Assembly (NCBI GenBank): GCA_963519555.1 | Contig: CAUQNI010000011.1 | Location: forward strand, 14,600 to 38,599 | Source: an uncultured bacterium | GTDB taxonomy: Bacteria > Bacillota > Bacilli > Lactobacillales > Streptococcaceae | Reading direction: 5' to 3' | Length of the DNA: 24,000 nt | Part shown: positions 10,401 through 17,094 of the stretch, piece after piece | Position numbering within the stretch: position 1 is the first letter of the stretch | How the letters are laid out: each line of letters opens with the position of its first letter | Program-made: the position numbers and the translations under genes | Notes under the pieces: model-generated | Database searches by the model: none | What the model saw: the letters and a program-made list of their open reading frames with translations, nothing else | Told to the model about the DNA's origin: nothing

Positions 10401-11712
10401 ACTTGACATGTTCTTGTTCATAAAAAGAAGGAACTTGTTCCAACATTGCTTCCGTCATTAGATTGGTCGGATTTTCTTGAGAATAAAAAAAGGAAGCATT
10501 TTCTGCTTCCGCTGTTTTTGTTTCTACACTTCGATGATTTCCTTGATGATAATCTCTTTTAATGCCGATATCATCGCTTGATATTGTGGATGATTCTCGT
10601 CTGAAATCTGCCAAGCTTTCATCATCTTCGGTTTCTCTTCCCTCAGAAATTGAATAGCTCGAATTTGAGTCTCCATCAAGTGCTCCACTAGTTTCTCTTC
10701 CTTGTATAAATCCACGAGCAACTGATAATCCATCTCTTTCGGACTCTCTGCCAGATAATCGAGACGCATGACCGAGTAAATCGGATTTGGGAACTCCATT
10801 AGAAACTCCTCCTTGGTTTCCAACTGATTCAATGTTTTCTCCTTGATGAGTGATAGAATTTCCTCTGTTGTCTCCACTGTTGAAAATTCGCTTTTCTCCA
10901 TCATCAAATTGGGTATTTGTTCGAATCTCATGATCAAGCCCTCCTTGTGTGTGATTCTTTTCCTTATCATTATTATACTCTGTACTATCCTCTTTTGTCA
11001 GCCCCTTAGGCACAATTATTTGTCTACTTCGCTTCATCGTACCTTCTATCATCTGATGACAAGCAGATGATAGGCACTTCCCAATACTCATCAGTGAAAT
11101 AGAATCTAAGTTATCTCTATTTTGATTAACATCGTCAATTGTTAATGGGTAAGGGATATGGAATCTATTAGCAACCGCATAACTAATAGAATTTCTCATA
11201 AAGTGTGTAAACGTATCTCTTTCGTTTAGAGGGAGACTTAATTCATTACACAGATTATCAATCTCATCGTCAGCTATTAGTCTAGTTAAAGTATAAAGGT
11301 TTTCAACTAGATTTTCACTAGATTCATACCCCTGTTTTTCTATCATATCTCTCAGAATTGGTAGGTGCTGTTCTTGCTCAAATGACCACAACTCTACTTC
11401 ATTTACATTTCGATTAATTGAAATTGTTTGACTAATATCAAAAACATAGAAAATTTCTTGTGACGGATATTTGCTTAAAATTGGGATTCCCTTTTGCCCT
11501 CTTGTTACAGTCCGTTGAAATCGTTCTTTCCACATATCAAAGGTAGCACAAGCTATAGCTGTAGGACTTGATCTATAGATACTTAACTGATTGATAAAAT
11601 CATACCGTTGGTTATTACCAATCACCTCTAAAAGTTTTAGATATTCTTGAGGACTTTCTAACACATCTTTTTTAATCTCTTCGATTCGATTATTGAAGTC
11701 ATGTACTCTCAT
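4474..11712 (-). CDS. Giant polyvalent protein: ArdC/LtrC-like N-terminal domain, N6-adenine-type methylase core, SNF2/DEAD-type helicase
   Basis: ORF track gives 11754 as start, but the RBS (AAAAGGAGGAAGAAT) points to ATG at 11712 (MRVHDFNN...). Motifs: [13 protein letters not shown] and NIGNIPFG (methylase); [43 protein letters not shown] and [11 protein letters not shown] (helicase). C-terminal [14 protein letters not shown] repeat-like tail. Confidence 0.9.
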   Translation of the reverse strand: MRVHDFNNRIEEIKKDVLESPQEYLKLLEVIGNNQRYDFINQLSIYRSSPTAIACATFDMWKERFQRTVTRGQKGIPILSKYPSQEIFYVFDISQTISINRNVNEVELWSFEQEQHLPILRDMIEKQGYESSENLVENLYTLTRLIADDEIDNLCNELSLPLNERDTFTHFMRNSISYAVANRFHIPYPLTIDDVNQNRDNLDSISLMSIGKCLSSACHQMIEGTMKRSRQIIVPKGLTKEDSTEYNNDKEKNHTQGGLDHEIRTNTQFDDGEKRIFNSGDNRGNSITHQGENIESVGNQGGVSNGVPKSDLLGHASRLSGRESERDGLSVARGFIQGRETSGALDGDSNSSYSISEGRETEDDESLADFRRESSTISSDDIGIKRDYHQGNHRSVETKTAEAENASFFYSQENPTNLMTEAMLEQVPSFYEQEHVKLGEKEVHAAYTIPFKSDWTWYLTEYDKETGDAFGLVLGDEAEWGYFNLHELETLHAERLLSEEFPKTFRELTDTELRKRMSEEELYSIFDGELSFEKELERKEPLEGVLPVGDEKGLVQENGMIQGDLFEFQNQEEVSSEKVPVNENLRVIEKDSNYIGAKNYKSTEELFPEKLSPSERLAGNLEAISTLHSIENGDKILDQDSQEILAKYVGWGGLSEVFDESKEGQWEKARSFLKDTLSESEYEAAKASTLTAFYTPKAIIDSMYQTISDMGFQSGNILEPSMGIGNFIGNLPAEMGHSKFYGVELDSISGRIAKKLYPESNLQVKGFEETNFSNNFFDLAIGNIPFGDFKVNDREYNRQNFLIHDYFFAKAIDKVRNGGIVAFITSSGTLDKKDESVRRYLNARTEFLGAIRLPNTIFKGVAGTEVTSDIIFLKKRESILERDDDWIHLDQDENGLIYNRYFVKHPEMVLGNMKSVSGRFGDTLTCVPNEESLEILLNEAGRKISQNAKYEYVERDDDSLETLAATNDVKNFSYTLIDGDVYYREDSLFIKKEVSEKIKSKIEDYLTVQNALKVVIEKQKEDTSDEEIKKAQQLLNEAYDSFSKKHGFINTLSNTRALRDDSNFPLVSSIEILDEEQNFKAKGDIFTKRTITKAKAVEHVDTSVEALVLSISQKGVVDFEYMSALTTKDRNTLIKELKGEIFLQLDKENSYFHPEASFDIEVGELPFTSSLDTDSTHYTYVPKDEYLSGNIREKIRIIDRYIASLLTAKSQLSDSQMNERQSLEYELEQLNYQKTELEKVMPKELEASEINVRLGATWLPTKDIEQFIFETLKTPSYLRWDIKAKFSPMTSEWKVEGKSKDRGNDLAELTYGTSRVSAYKLIEDALNLKETKVFDQVLNPDGSKTAVLNKKETMLAGQKQELLKEEFKNWIFKDIDRRNRLVNIYNERFNSIRNREYDGSNLTFDGMSTDISLRPHQKNAIARVLYGGNTLLAHVVGAGKTFEMVASAMESKRLGMCSKTLFVVPNHLTGQIGREFMQLYPSATIMVADKKDFEPKNRKRFIGKIATGEYDAVIIGHSQFEKIPMSKEYQEKHIQDQIDNIIDYIKEYKYDSSQHFTVKELQKTKKKLELKLKKLNDDFKKDDVVTFEELGVDKLIVDEAHNYKNLYLYTKMRNVAGIGQSEAFKSSDMFMKCRYMDEMTNGKGIVFATGTPISNSMTELYTMQRYLQYDELKKNGLEHFDSWASTFGETQSAFELSPEGTGYRVKTRFSKFYNLPELMSLFKEVSDIQTADMLKLPVPEAHFDVIKTTPSEEQKQILQGLSERAERVRNKLVEPEEDNMLRITNDGKKLALDQRLINPLLPDDDNSKVNVCVKNVFAIWENTKEPQSTQLLFSDMSTPKGDGSFNIYDDIRDKLVKLGIPKEEIAFIHEANSDKQKEELFAKVRKGEIRILMGSTQKMGAGTNVQKKLIAMHDLDVPWRPADLEQRAGRIIRQGNENKEVHIYRYITENTFDAYLWQTIENKQKFISQIMTSKTPVRVAEDVDESSLNYAEIKALATGDPKIKEKMDLDNEVTKLKMLEANYKANRYRLEDKVTTYYPEEIRRTKELIQDMKEDLNTIEPQGVGDNKFTSLTIHSERIKDKKIAGERLLESIKNLKVNDSPIIGQYRNLDLEVHFDVFSNEYQFSLNGHAKHSGELGSSAEGNLIRLDHVIDKIPEKLERLEDKLSNTKNQFERAKAELEKPFEKAEELKTKVLRLAELNQLLDMGEVEEISKSNPLLEDLKRAIIDFYNREYAENFSYDSFNELYPDLKHVDIAYTSSNDEEHGILFELNLEDYTATQYVDETPISHYQYMEENGTVEQALEAMKMEIEYGDFSEFVSINDDELKAATGLERDDEGNIYDPLSKDMDNDGIADRYDDDFRDSDAFESTYDVEDNLHEKEEKVSILGQIKNYQSQDKVTSNDEKINVLDER

Positions 11713-11731
11713 ATTCTTCCTCCTTTTTTTT

Positions 11732-11765
11732 AAAAAAGAGACAATAGAAATCATCCTACTGTCTC
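11732..11765 (-). terminator. Intrinsic terminator immediately upstream of the RBS of the giant helicase/methylase gene
   Basis: Minus strand GAGACAGTAG-GATGATTT-CTATTGTCTC (10 bp) + TTTTTT, ending about 20 nt before ATG 11712. Confidence 0.8.
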
Positions 11766-11777
11766 GTCACTTTTATA

Positions 11778-12365
11778 TCATTTTGTTTTTATTAATTCCA
11801 TACATTCTTCTAACTTCATATTCAAGGCATTATACACTACTGTTTGAAAATCTTTTTCTCCTTTATTTCTAGATAAAATAAAATCAACTTTCACTTCATC
11901 ATGTAATTGATACCCCTTCAATATCGTTTGTGGTTTGGCTAATTTCGTCTTTGTAAAACCAATTGTACAAACTTTATCTGAAGAAGCGAAAGAACAAGAA
12001 ATCCTATTTTTATTAAAATTCTCTTCCACAACAATAGCTTCTGATGAAAATATTTGAATAGCATTCTCTAAGACACTCATCTTCCTACGAACAGAACCTT
12101 TTTGACTCTTATCATTGATTTCAAAGTCACCATCCTCTAAAGTCTTTTGATAACATTTTTCAAAAAAGTTTTTTGCTTTCAAGTTTGTGTGAACTCCTGT
12201 TAAATGCAAAAAATTATCCTCAAAAGCAGAAACGATATAATATTTCTGATATCTAAAATTTCTAGAGAAAATAAGGTAATCTTTCTGAACTAGCAATTCA
12301 TAATATAACACTGCACAGTCCATCAACTTTAATCGTACTCTTTCTTTAAATGATTGTTCTACCAT
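11778..12365 (-). CDS. Probable PBECR4-type (phage-Barnase-EndoU-ColicinE5/D-RelE-like nuclease) domain protein, 195 aa
   Basis: YYIVSAFEDNFLHLTGVHTNL-AKNFFEKCYQKTLEDGDF...CTIGFTKTKLAKPQTILKG resembles PBECR4-annotated ICE proteins, recalled by eye and not searched. RBS GAGGTGAG. Confidence 0.6.
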   Translation of the reverse strand: MVEQSFKERVRLKLMDCAVLYYELLVQKDYLIFSRNFRYQKYYIVSAFEDNFLHLTGVHTNLKAKNFFEKCYQKTLEDGDFEINDKSQKGSVRRKMSVLENAIQIFSSEAIVVEENFNKNRISCSFASSDKVCTIGFTKTKLAKPQTILKGYQLHDEVKVDFILSRNKGEKDFQTVVYNALNMKLEECMELIKTK

Positions 12366-12376
12366 CGCCTCACCTC

Positions 12377-12408
12377 AAAAAAAGGAGGATGAAAAATCAA
12401 CCTCCTTT
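12377..12408 (-). terminator. Strong intrinsic terminator between the repeat RNA and the 195-aa gene
   Basis: Minus strand AAAGGAGGTTGA-TTTT-TCATCCTCCTTT (near-perfect 12-bp stem) then a U-tract ending about 12 nt before ATG 12365. Boundaries are accurate to about 1-2 nt. Confidence 0.85.
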
Positions 12409-12526
12409 GGTTTTTCACAGTTTCCTTCTGCACTGGATATGGGTTTTCAGTCTCCATTCCGACCTCTGGAAGTAGGTTTAACGTCTCTACTCCGACTCAA
12501 TTCAAGTTGAAGATTCAACTTTTCCT
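12377..12526 (-). ncRNA. Candidate structured ~150-nt RNA (5' hairpin, two tandem 33-nt repeat hairpins, terminator)
   Basis: Bracketed by a near-consensus promoter and an intrinsic terminator. 26-nt hairpins at 12468-12493 (GGA-GUAG-AGACGUUAAAC-CUAC-U-UCC) and 12435-12460 (GGA-AUGG-AGACUGAAAAC-CCAU-A-UCC) share architecture with compensatory stem changes. 5' hairpin AAGTTGA-ATCT-TCAACTT at 12504-12521. Confidence 0.75.
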
Positions 12527-12532
12527 ACTAAC

Positions 12533-12561
12533 AGTATACAAAATTATCCTTCAAATGCCAA
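12533..12561 (-). promoter_or_regulatory. Near-consensus sigma-A promoter TTGGCA-17 nt-TATACT driving the candidate RNA
   Basis: Minus-strand -35 at 12556-12561, -10 at 12533-12538, spacer exactly 17 nt. Lies in the gap after the methyltransferase stop. Confidence 0.75.
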
Positions 12562-12597
12562 GTAAAAAGAATGACATTTGATAAAATAAATTCCTGC

Positions 12598-13560
12598 TTA
12601 AAACACTTCCGCTAACAATTTCTGAAGAATTGCTTCTAAAATATTAACCACAATACTATTTCCTGCTTCACGATACAAGATAGAAGACATCCTTCCCTTT
12701 CTCTGTGGATAGATTGCCCTTAGTGTATTAAAGTCTCCATCCTCAAACCCCATTAGCTTAAAACACTCTCTTTCTGTTAAATATCGATATGTCCCATTTT
12801 TTAAGTCTACCACACCTGAATTCGGAACTCGAACCTGCTTGGTTGAGATTGTATAGGCAAACTGCTCTATCACCTTTACTCTTCCTTCGAAATTCTGATT
12901 TCTAGGTTTCCCATTTAAGTAACCTAATATTGAAGATTGTCTTACTTGGTAAAAATCAGGGACATCCTTTTCCAAAAATGATGTAATTTTTCTAGTTGGA
13001 GTCCGTGGTATCATTGAAAAATCAAACCTTTTTTCTCCTAGTAGACTAACCACGAAAATCCGTTCTCTTTTTTGAGGAATCCCAAAATCCATCGCATTCA
13101 GTATTGCATACTGACTCGTGTATCCTAGTCTATCTAGTTCGTGAATATAGTCAAAAAAAGTTTCTCTAAAATTTTTATCTAAAACACCCTTCACATTTTC
13201 CCATAGAATCATTTTAGGTTTTTCTCTCATTTCTTGAATAATTCGTATCGTTTCATATAGAAGACTTGAGCGTGTTCCTGAACCTCGCTCTCCTCCTCGT
13301 TTTAACCCAGTACGACTAAAATCCTGACATGGACTCCCATGCATCAATAAATCTACTTTAGCAGTTGACGGATGATACTCTACAATATCTCTCGGTTGAA
13401 AGTTTTCGTGATACAAAGCATTATATCCTTTCACACAATTTCTGTCCTTCTCTACATAATCTACAACACGATGAGGAATACCTTGTCTAATTAACGCTTT
13501 TCGAATAGCTCCAATCCCTCCAAATAATTCTAACACTTGCAATTCGTCTATTGTTCTCAC
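12598..13560 (-). CDS. DNA (cytosine-5-)-methyltransferase, 320 aa
   Basis: Motifs LELFGGIGAIRKAL (I), HGSPCQDFSRTG (IV), WENVKGV (VI), C-terminal ERECFKLMGF and AGNSIVV (X). Confidence 0.95.
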   Translation of the reverse strand: MRTIDELQVLELFGGIGAIRKALIRQGIPHRVVDYVEKDRNCVKGYNALYHENFQPRDIVEYHPSTAKVDLLMHGSPCQDFSRTGLKRGGERGSGTRSSLLYETIRIIQEMREKPKMILWENVKGVLDKNFRETFFDYIHELDRLGYTSQYAILNAMDFGIPQKRERIFVVSLLGEKRFDFSMIPRTPTRKITSFLEKDVPDFYQVRQSSILGYLNGKPRNQNFEGRVKVIEQFAYTISTKQVRVPNSGVVDLKNGTYRYLTERECFKLMGFEDGDFNTLRAIYPQRKGRMSSILYREAGNSIVVNILEAILQKLLAEVF

Positions 13561-13588
13561 CTCCTCACAAAAGGAATTACATTCTCTT

Positions 13589-15310
13589 CTAATCCGATTT
13601 TACATTGTCTTGTTGATACTGTTGAATCGTACTTTTTATTTCTTCTTCTAACGACCTCAAAAACTCTTCTTTTGTTGCTTTCCCCTGAGCTATTCTTGTT
13701 AGCTCCATTTCCCATTTTGAAGTGGTTGTTGCTGACTTAAAGATATCTGATACGACTGTAATCAAACCGACTCCCTTGTGAGTCGCAAGTAAATACTTCC
13801 TATCTCTTTCAACCAGTCCTTTAGAGATTAGATTTTCAATAATACCTGCTCTTGTAGCGGGTGTCCCTAATCCCTTTCTCTCAACTTCAATTCCTTTTTG
13901 TAGCCCATCTTTTCCGGCCATTTCCATAGCTTTTAACAAGCTCTCCTCTGTAAAGTGTTGAACAGGTTTTGTGTACTTTTCCTTAATTTCTTTTTTATGA
14001 ACGGAAATCACATCACCAACATTCAAATCTGGAAAAGACTGTTCGTTTATTGGATGTTGAAATGCACGCAAGTAACGTGTGAATCCCTCATCTACAATGA
14101 CTTTCCATGACTTAACAAATGTAAAATCTTCTATTTGTGCGATAATTTTTCTTTTCTCTTCAACTAGTGGATATCCTACACTAGCATGCAGTTTATTTCC
14201 TATAAGACAATAAACTTGCCTTTCCTCCTCTGACAGCCGAGATATATTTTTGGTTAAAGAGCTAACTGTCGGAATTATAGCGTGATGATCTGAAACTTTC
14301 TTCGAATCAAACACTATCTTCAAACGACTTTCATCAAAGTCATTCATTCCTATGATGCCATTAACAATAGAATCAAGCATATCCTCCGTAAGACATCGAC
14401 TGTCTGTTCTAGGATACGTGATATACTTTTTCTCATATAAGCTTTGAGCAAGATCTAATGTTTTCTGCGCACTATAACCAAAATAATGATTACATTCCCT
14501 TTGAAGACTCGTTAAATCAAATGGTAGCTCTGGTCTCGTCACCTCCTCCTCTCTTAGACTTTCTGTAATTTGAAGGCTGTCTCCTACTAAATCCATGATC
14601 AATTGAGCTATCATTTTCTCATCTAATCTCTCGGTTGATAGAGTCAAATCCTTACCCATCACTTCGACTGTATAGTACTTTTGTTTTTTAAACTGTAAAA
14701 TTTCGTCATCTCGTTTTACAATCATAGCCAGAGTAGGTGTTTGAACTCTTCCAACAGAATAAGGCTGTTTATATAGACATGAATAAAGTCGGCTAAGATT
14801 CATTCCAACCAACCAGTCTGCTATGGCTCGTGCCTGTGAAGATTCAAATAATCCATCGTAAAACTGACTATCTTTTAAATTCTTAAATCCTACCTCAATA
14901 GCTTTATCCTCCATTGAAGAGATCCAAAGCCTCTCGACAAACTTTTTACATTGCGCCTGATTGTAGACTAATCGAAAAATACTCTCTCCCTCTCGTCCTG
15001 CATCGCAGGCATTGATTAAACTTTTAGTATCTTTTTTATTCATTAGTTTTTTTAAAAGTTGAAAATGTTGTTTTGTTTTCTTTGAAACTTCGTAACGGTA
15101 GTGACTAGGAATAATTGGTAAATCGTCCAAATTCCATCGTTTATATCGCTCATCATAGGTTTCTGGGTTCGACATCTGTACCAGATGACCTATACACCAT
15201 GAGACTCGATACCCTCCTCCTTCATAATATCCCTCTTTCTTTTTAGTCGCTCCTATGACTTTAGCAATCGTCTGCGCAACACTGGGTTTTTCTGCAATAA
15301 CTAATTTCAT
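13589..15310 (-). CDS. topB: Type IA DNA topoisomerase (topoisomerase III-like), 573 aa
   Basis: MKLVIAEKPSVAQTIAKVIG...; DAGREGESIFR Toprim motif; PYSVGRVQTPTLAMIV; YPRTDSRCLT active-site region. Confidence 0.95.
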   Translation of the reverse strand: MKLVIAEKPSVAQTIAKVIGATKKKEGYYEGGGYRVSWCIGHLVQMSNPETYDERYKRWNLDDLPIIPSHYRYEVSKKTKQHFQLLKKLMNKKDTKSLINACDAGREGESIFRLVYNQAQCKKFVERLWISSMEDKAIEVGFKNLKDSQFYDGLFESSQARAIADWLVGMNLSRLYSCLYKQPYSVGRVQTPTLAMIVKRDDEILQFKKQKYYTVEVMGKDLTLSTERLDEKMIAQLIMDLVGDSLQITESLREEEVTRPELPFDLTSLQRECNHYFGYSAQKTLDLAQSLYEKKYITYPRTDSRCLTEDMLDSIVNGIIGMNDFDESRLKIVFDSKKVSDHHAIIPTVSSLTKNISRLSEEERQVYCLIGNKLHASVGYPLVEEKRKIIAQIEDFTFVKSWKVIVDEGFTRYLRAFQHPINEQSFPDLNVGDVISVHKKEIKEKYTKPVQHFTEESLLKAMEMAGKDGLQKGIEVERKGLGTPATRAGIIENLISKGLVERDRKYLLATHKGVGLITVVSDIFKSATTTSKWEMELTRIAQGKATKEEFLRSLEEEIKSTIQQYQQDNVKSD

Positions 15311-15328
15311 TCTTTTTTCTCCTCATAT

Positions 15329-15360
15329 GAAAAAAGGACGAAAGATAATCTCCCGTCCTT
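15329..15360 (-). terminator. Intrinsic terminator immediately upstream of the topB RBS
   Basis: Minus strand AAGGACGGGAGA-UUA-UCUUUCGUCCUU (12 bp with two G-U pairs) followed by TTTTT, ending about 18 nt before ATG 15310. Confidence 0.85.
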
Positions 15361-15386
15361 AGTTAGGTATTTTAAACTATTCTTCA

Positions 15387-16874
15387 TTACAGTACTTCAT
15401 CTTCTTCATCAGCTAGTTCTTTGTCTTCCTCTTCCTCCTCATCTTCATTGTCATCAGTTTCTGAAAAGAAATCCTCGTTCTCATCTTCCTCTAAATGTTC
15501 TAATTCTTTATTTTCTCTTTGTTTTATAACCTTGAAATAGTAACCTGCACCTAAAGCACCGACCACTACAAGAAAGACAATGAAATACATTCCCATATTG
15601 CTTTCTTCTTCCTTTTTAACAAGAGACACTTCCTCTTTTTTAGGCTCTTCTTTAATAATCTCTTGTTTGGGAACTTCTTTCTTTTGAACCATATTTAACA
15701 AATCATCCTCAGATACTTCCGTTAACAATTGTACATTGTCGTTTTCTTTATCATGATTGATAATTAAATGGAATGTTTTCCCGCTTTTAGTAGTAAAAGT
15801 TACAAATTGTCTTGCGTCAGCTGAAATAGCAGTTGCTTCCTTCTTATCTCTTTCATCACCATGGTGAATCGGATAATCTTTATTTGCATTATCCTTATTT
15901 TCAGTAATAGTTCCTCGTGCTTTTGAGGGTGCAGATGGTATTCCTTTTGAGACTTTTTCACTAGTATTCCCTTCACTGATTGTTCTACTTCCTTGACTAG
16001 AAGAATGACTCGTATCGCTATCCTTATTAGGTGTACGAATCTCTTCTTTTTTTGCTTTTGATGTTTCTTCTTTATTTGAATCATCAACTGTAGTGGATGG
16101 TAAACTAGGAGATTCATTACTAGAAATCGTTTCTTGCCCATCTTGTATCAATTGTGGCAAGACTGCCTTTTCTTCACCTGCTTTATCAGTTAGTGATTGG
16201 CTCTTTTCTTGAAGCTCCTGCATCTGTTTCTTCAGTTTCTCAATCTCCTCATTAAGAGCTTGGTCTCCATCAGAAATAACCGCCTTTTCCATTCTCTTCT
16301 GAAGAGCTTGATTTTTTTCCTCTAATTCTTTGATTCGTTTCTTTTGTTCCTCATTTAATTGAGATTTATCTTTTAACTCTGCCTTTAGAGTATCAAGTGC
16401 TTTATTAAGTTCTTTAGATTCCTGATTTATTTTTTCAATATCATTTTTTTGTGAATCCCTTTGACTACTGTCTTCTTTTTCCTCCTTTTCAGTAGAATAT
16501 TGACTAGTTGTTTTACTCTTTCTTACCTTCAATTCTATTTTGTCATGACCATCACCCTTTACCAAATAAGACGAGAATGCCTCTACAAATTCCATCTCCT
16601 TTGAAATAGGTGGTAAATCTTTTTCTACAAGTTCTTGCCCTCTGTTTGCGGAAATGTTGTGTTCTTTATAGACTGTACCATCTTCCCAAAGATAGTTGAT
16701 ACTGACATTTACTTTCTCTTTTGTTTCTAATTGAGTCCGCAAAGAAGGAAGTAGTCCGTCAGTCGCAAATACAATTTGTTTTTGCATCAGTAAATACCCT
16801 GTTGCAGAAACTAGAATACCAGAACTGATAGCTAGTGTTAGCCATACTTTCTTATTAAATTTTTTAAATTTCAT
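15387..16874 (-). CDS. DUF4366 / CD1107-family mobile element membrane protein with coiled coil and strongly acidic C-terminal tail
   Basis: N-terminal signal/TM, long KELEEKNQALQKR coiled coil, TFTTKSGKTFHLIINHDKENDNVQLLTEVSEDDLLNMV domain, TM segment MYFIVFLVVVGALGAGYYF, and tail DEEEEEDKELADEEDEVL. Confidence 0.85.
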   Translation of the reverse strand: MKFKKFNKKVWLTLAISSGILVSATGYLLMQKQIVFATDGLLPSLRTQLETKEKVNVSINYLWEDGTVYKEHNISANRGQELVEKDLPPISKEMEFVEAFSSYLVKGDGHDKIELKVRKSKTTSQYSTEKEEKEDSSQRDSQKNDIEKINQESKELNKALDTLKAELKDKSQLNEEQKKRIKELEEKNQALQKRMEKAVISDGDQALNEEIEKLKKQMQELQEKSQSLTDKAGEEKAVLPQLIQDGQETISSNESPSLPSTTVDDSNKEETSKAKKEEIRTPNKDSDTSHSSSQGSRTISEGNTSEKVSKGIPSAPSKARGTITENKDNANKDYPIHHGDERDKKEATAISADARQFVTFTTKSGKTFHLIINHDKENDNVQLLTEVSEDDLLNMVQKKEVPKQEIIKEEPKKEEVSLVKKEEESNMGMYFIVFLVVVGALGAGYYFKVIKQRENKELEHLEEDENEDFFSETDDNEDEEEEEDKELADEEDEVL

Positions 16875-17082
16875 CTACAGTTTTCTCCTCTATTTTCTTT
16901 TCTTGACACATATTCACTAAATCCTCAATCGTAATATGATTTCTTCTACAAATAACGACGTATTCCTTATCTAGAAGTTCTTCTTTCTTGGAACATAAAA
17001 TCTCTAAATCCTTATCAATTTGTTCCTTCTTTTCTAATAACTTTTTAATTTTTTGATTCACACGATGTAATTCTTTATTCAT
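16864..17082 (-). CDS. DUF4315-family protein (72 aa)
   Basis: MNKELHRVNQKIKKLLEKKEQIDKDLEIL... ITIEDLVNM is typical of DUF4315, in the conserved position before the DUF4366 gene. Confidence 0.8.
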   Translation of the reverse strand: MNKELHRVNQKIKKLLEKKEQIDKDLEILCSKKEELLDKEYVVICRRNHITIEDLVNMCQEKKIEEKTVDEI

Positions 17083-17094
17083 ATGTAACCTCCT

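Noticed and set aside
10524-10970. Minus-strand 148-aa ORF overlapping the giant gene (protein [11 protein letters not shown]...)
   Set aside because: Lies out of frame within the giant protein's coding region. [17 protein letters not shown] looks like an alternate-frame translation, with no independent signals.
12435-12493. Considered as a CRISPR array
   Set aside because: There are only two directly adjacent imperfect 33-nt repeats without spacers, and their differences preserve hairpin pairing. This is an RNA-structure signal, not CRISPR.
15800-16141. Minus-strand 113-aa Lys-rich ORF within the DUF4366 gene
   Set aside because: Frame-shifted reading of the low-complexity linker region.
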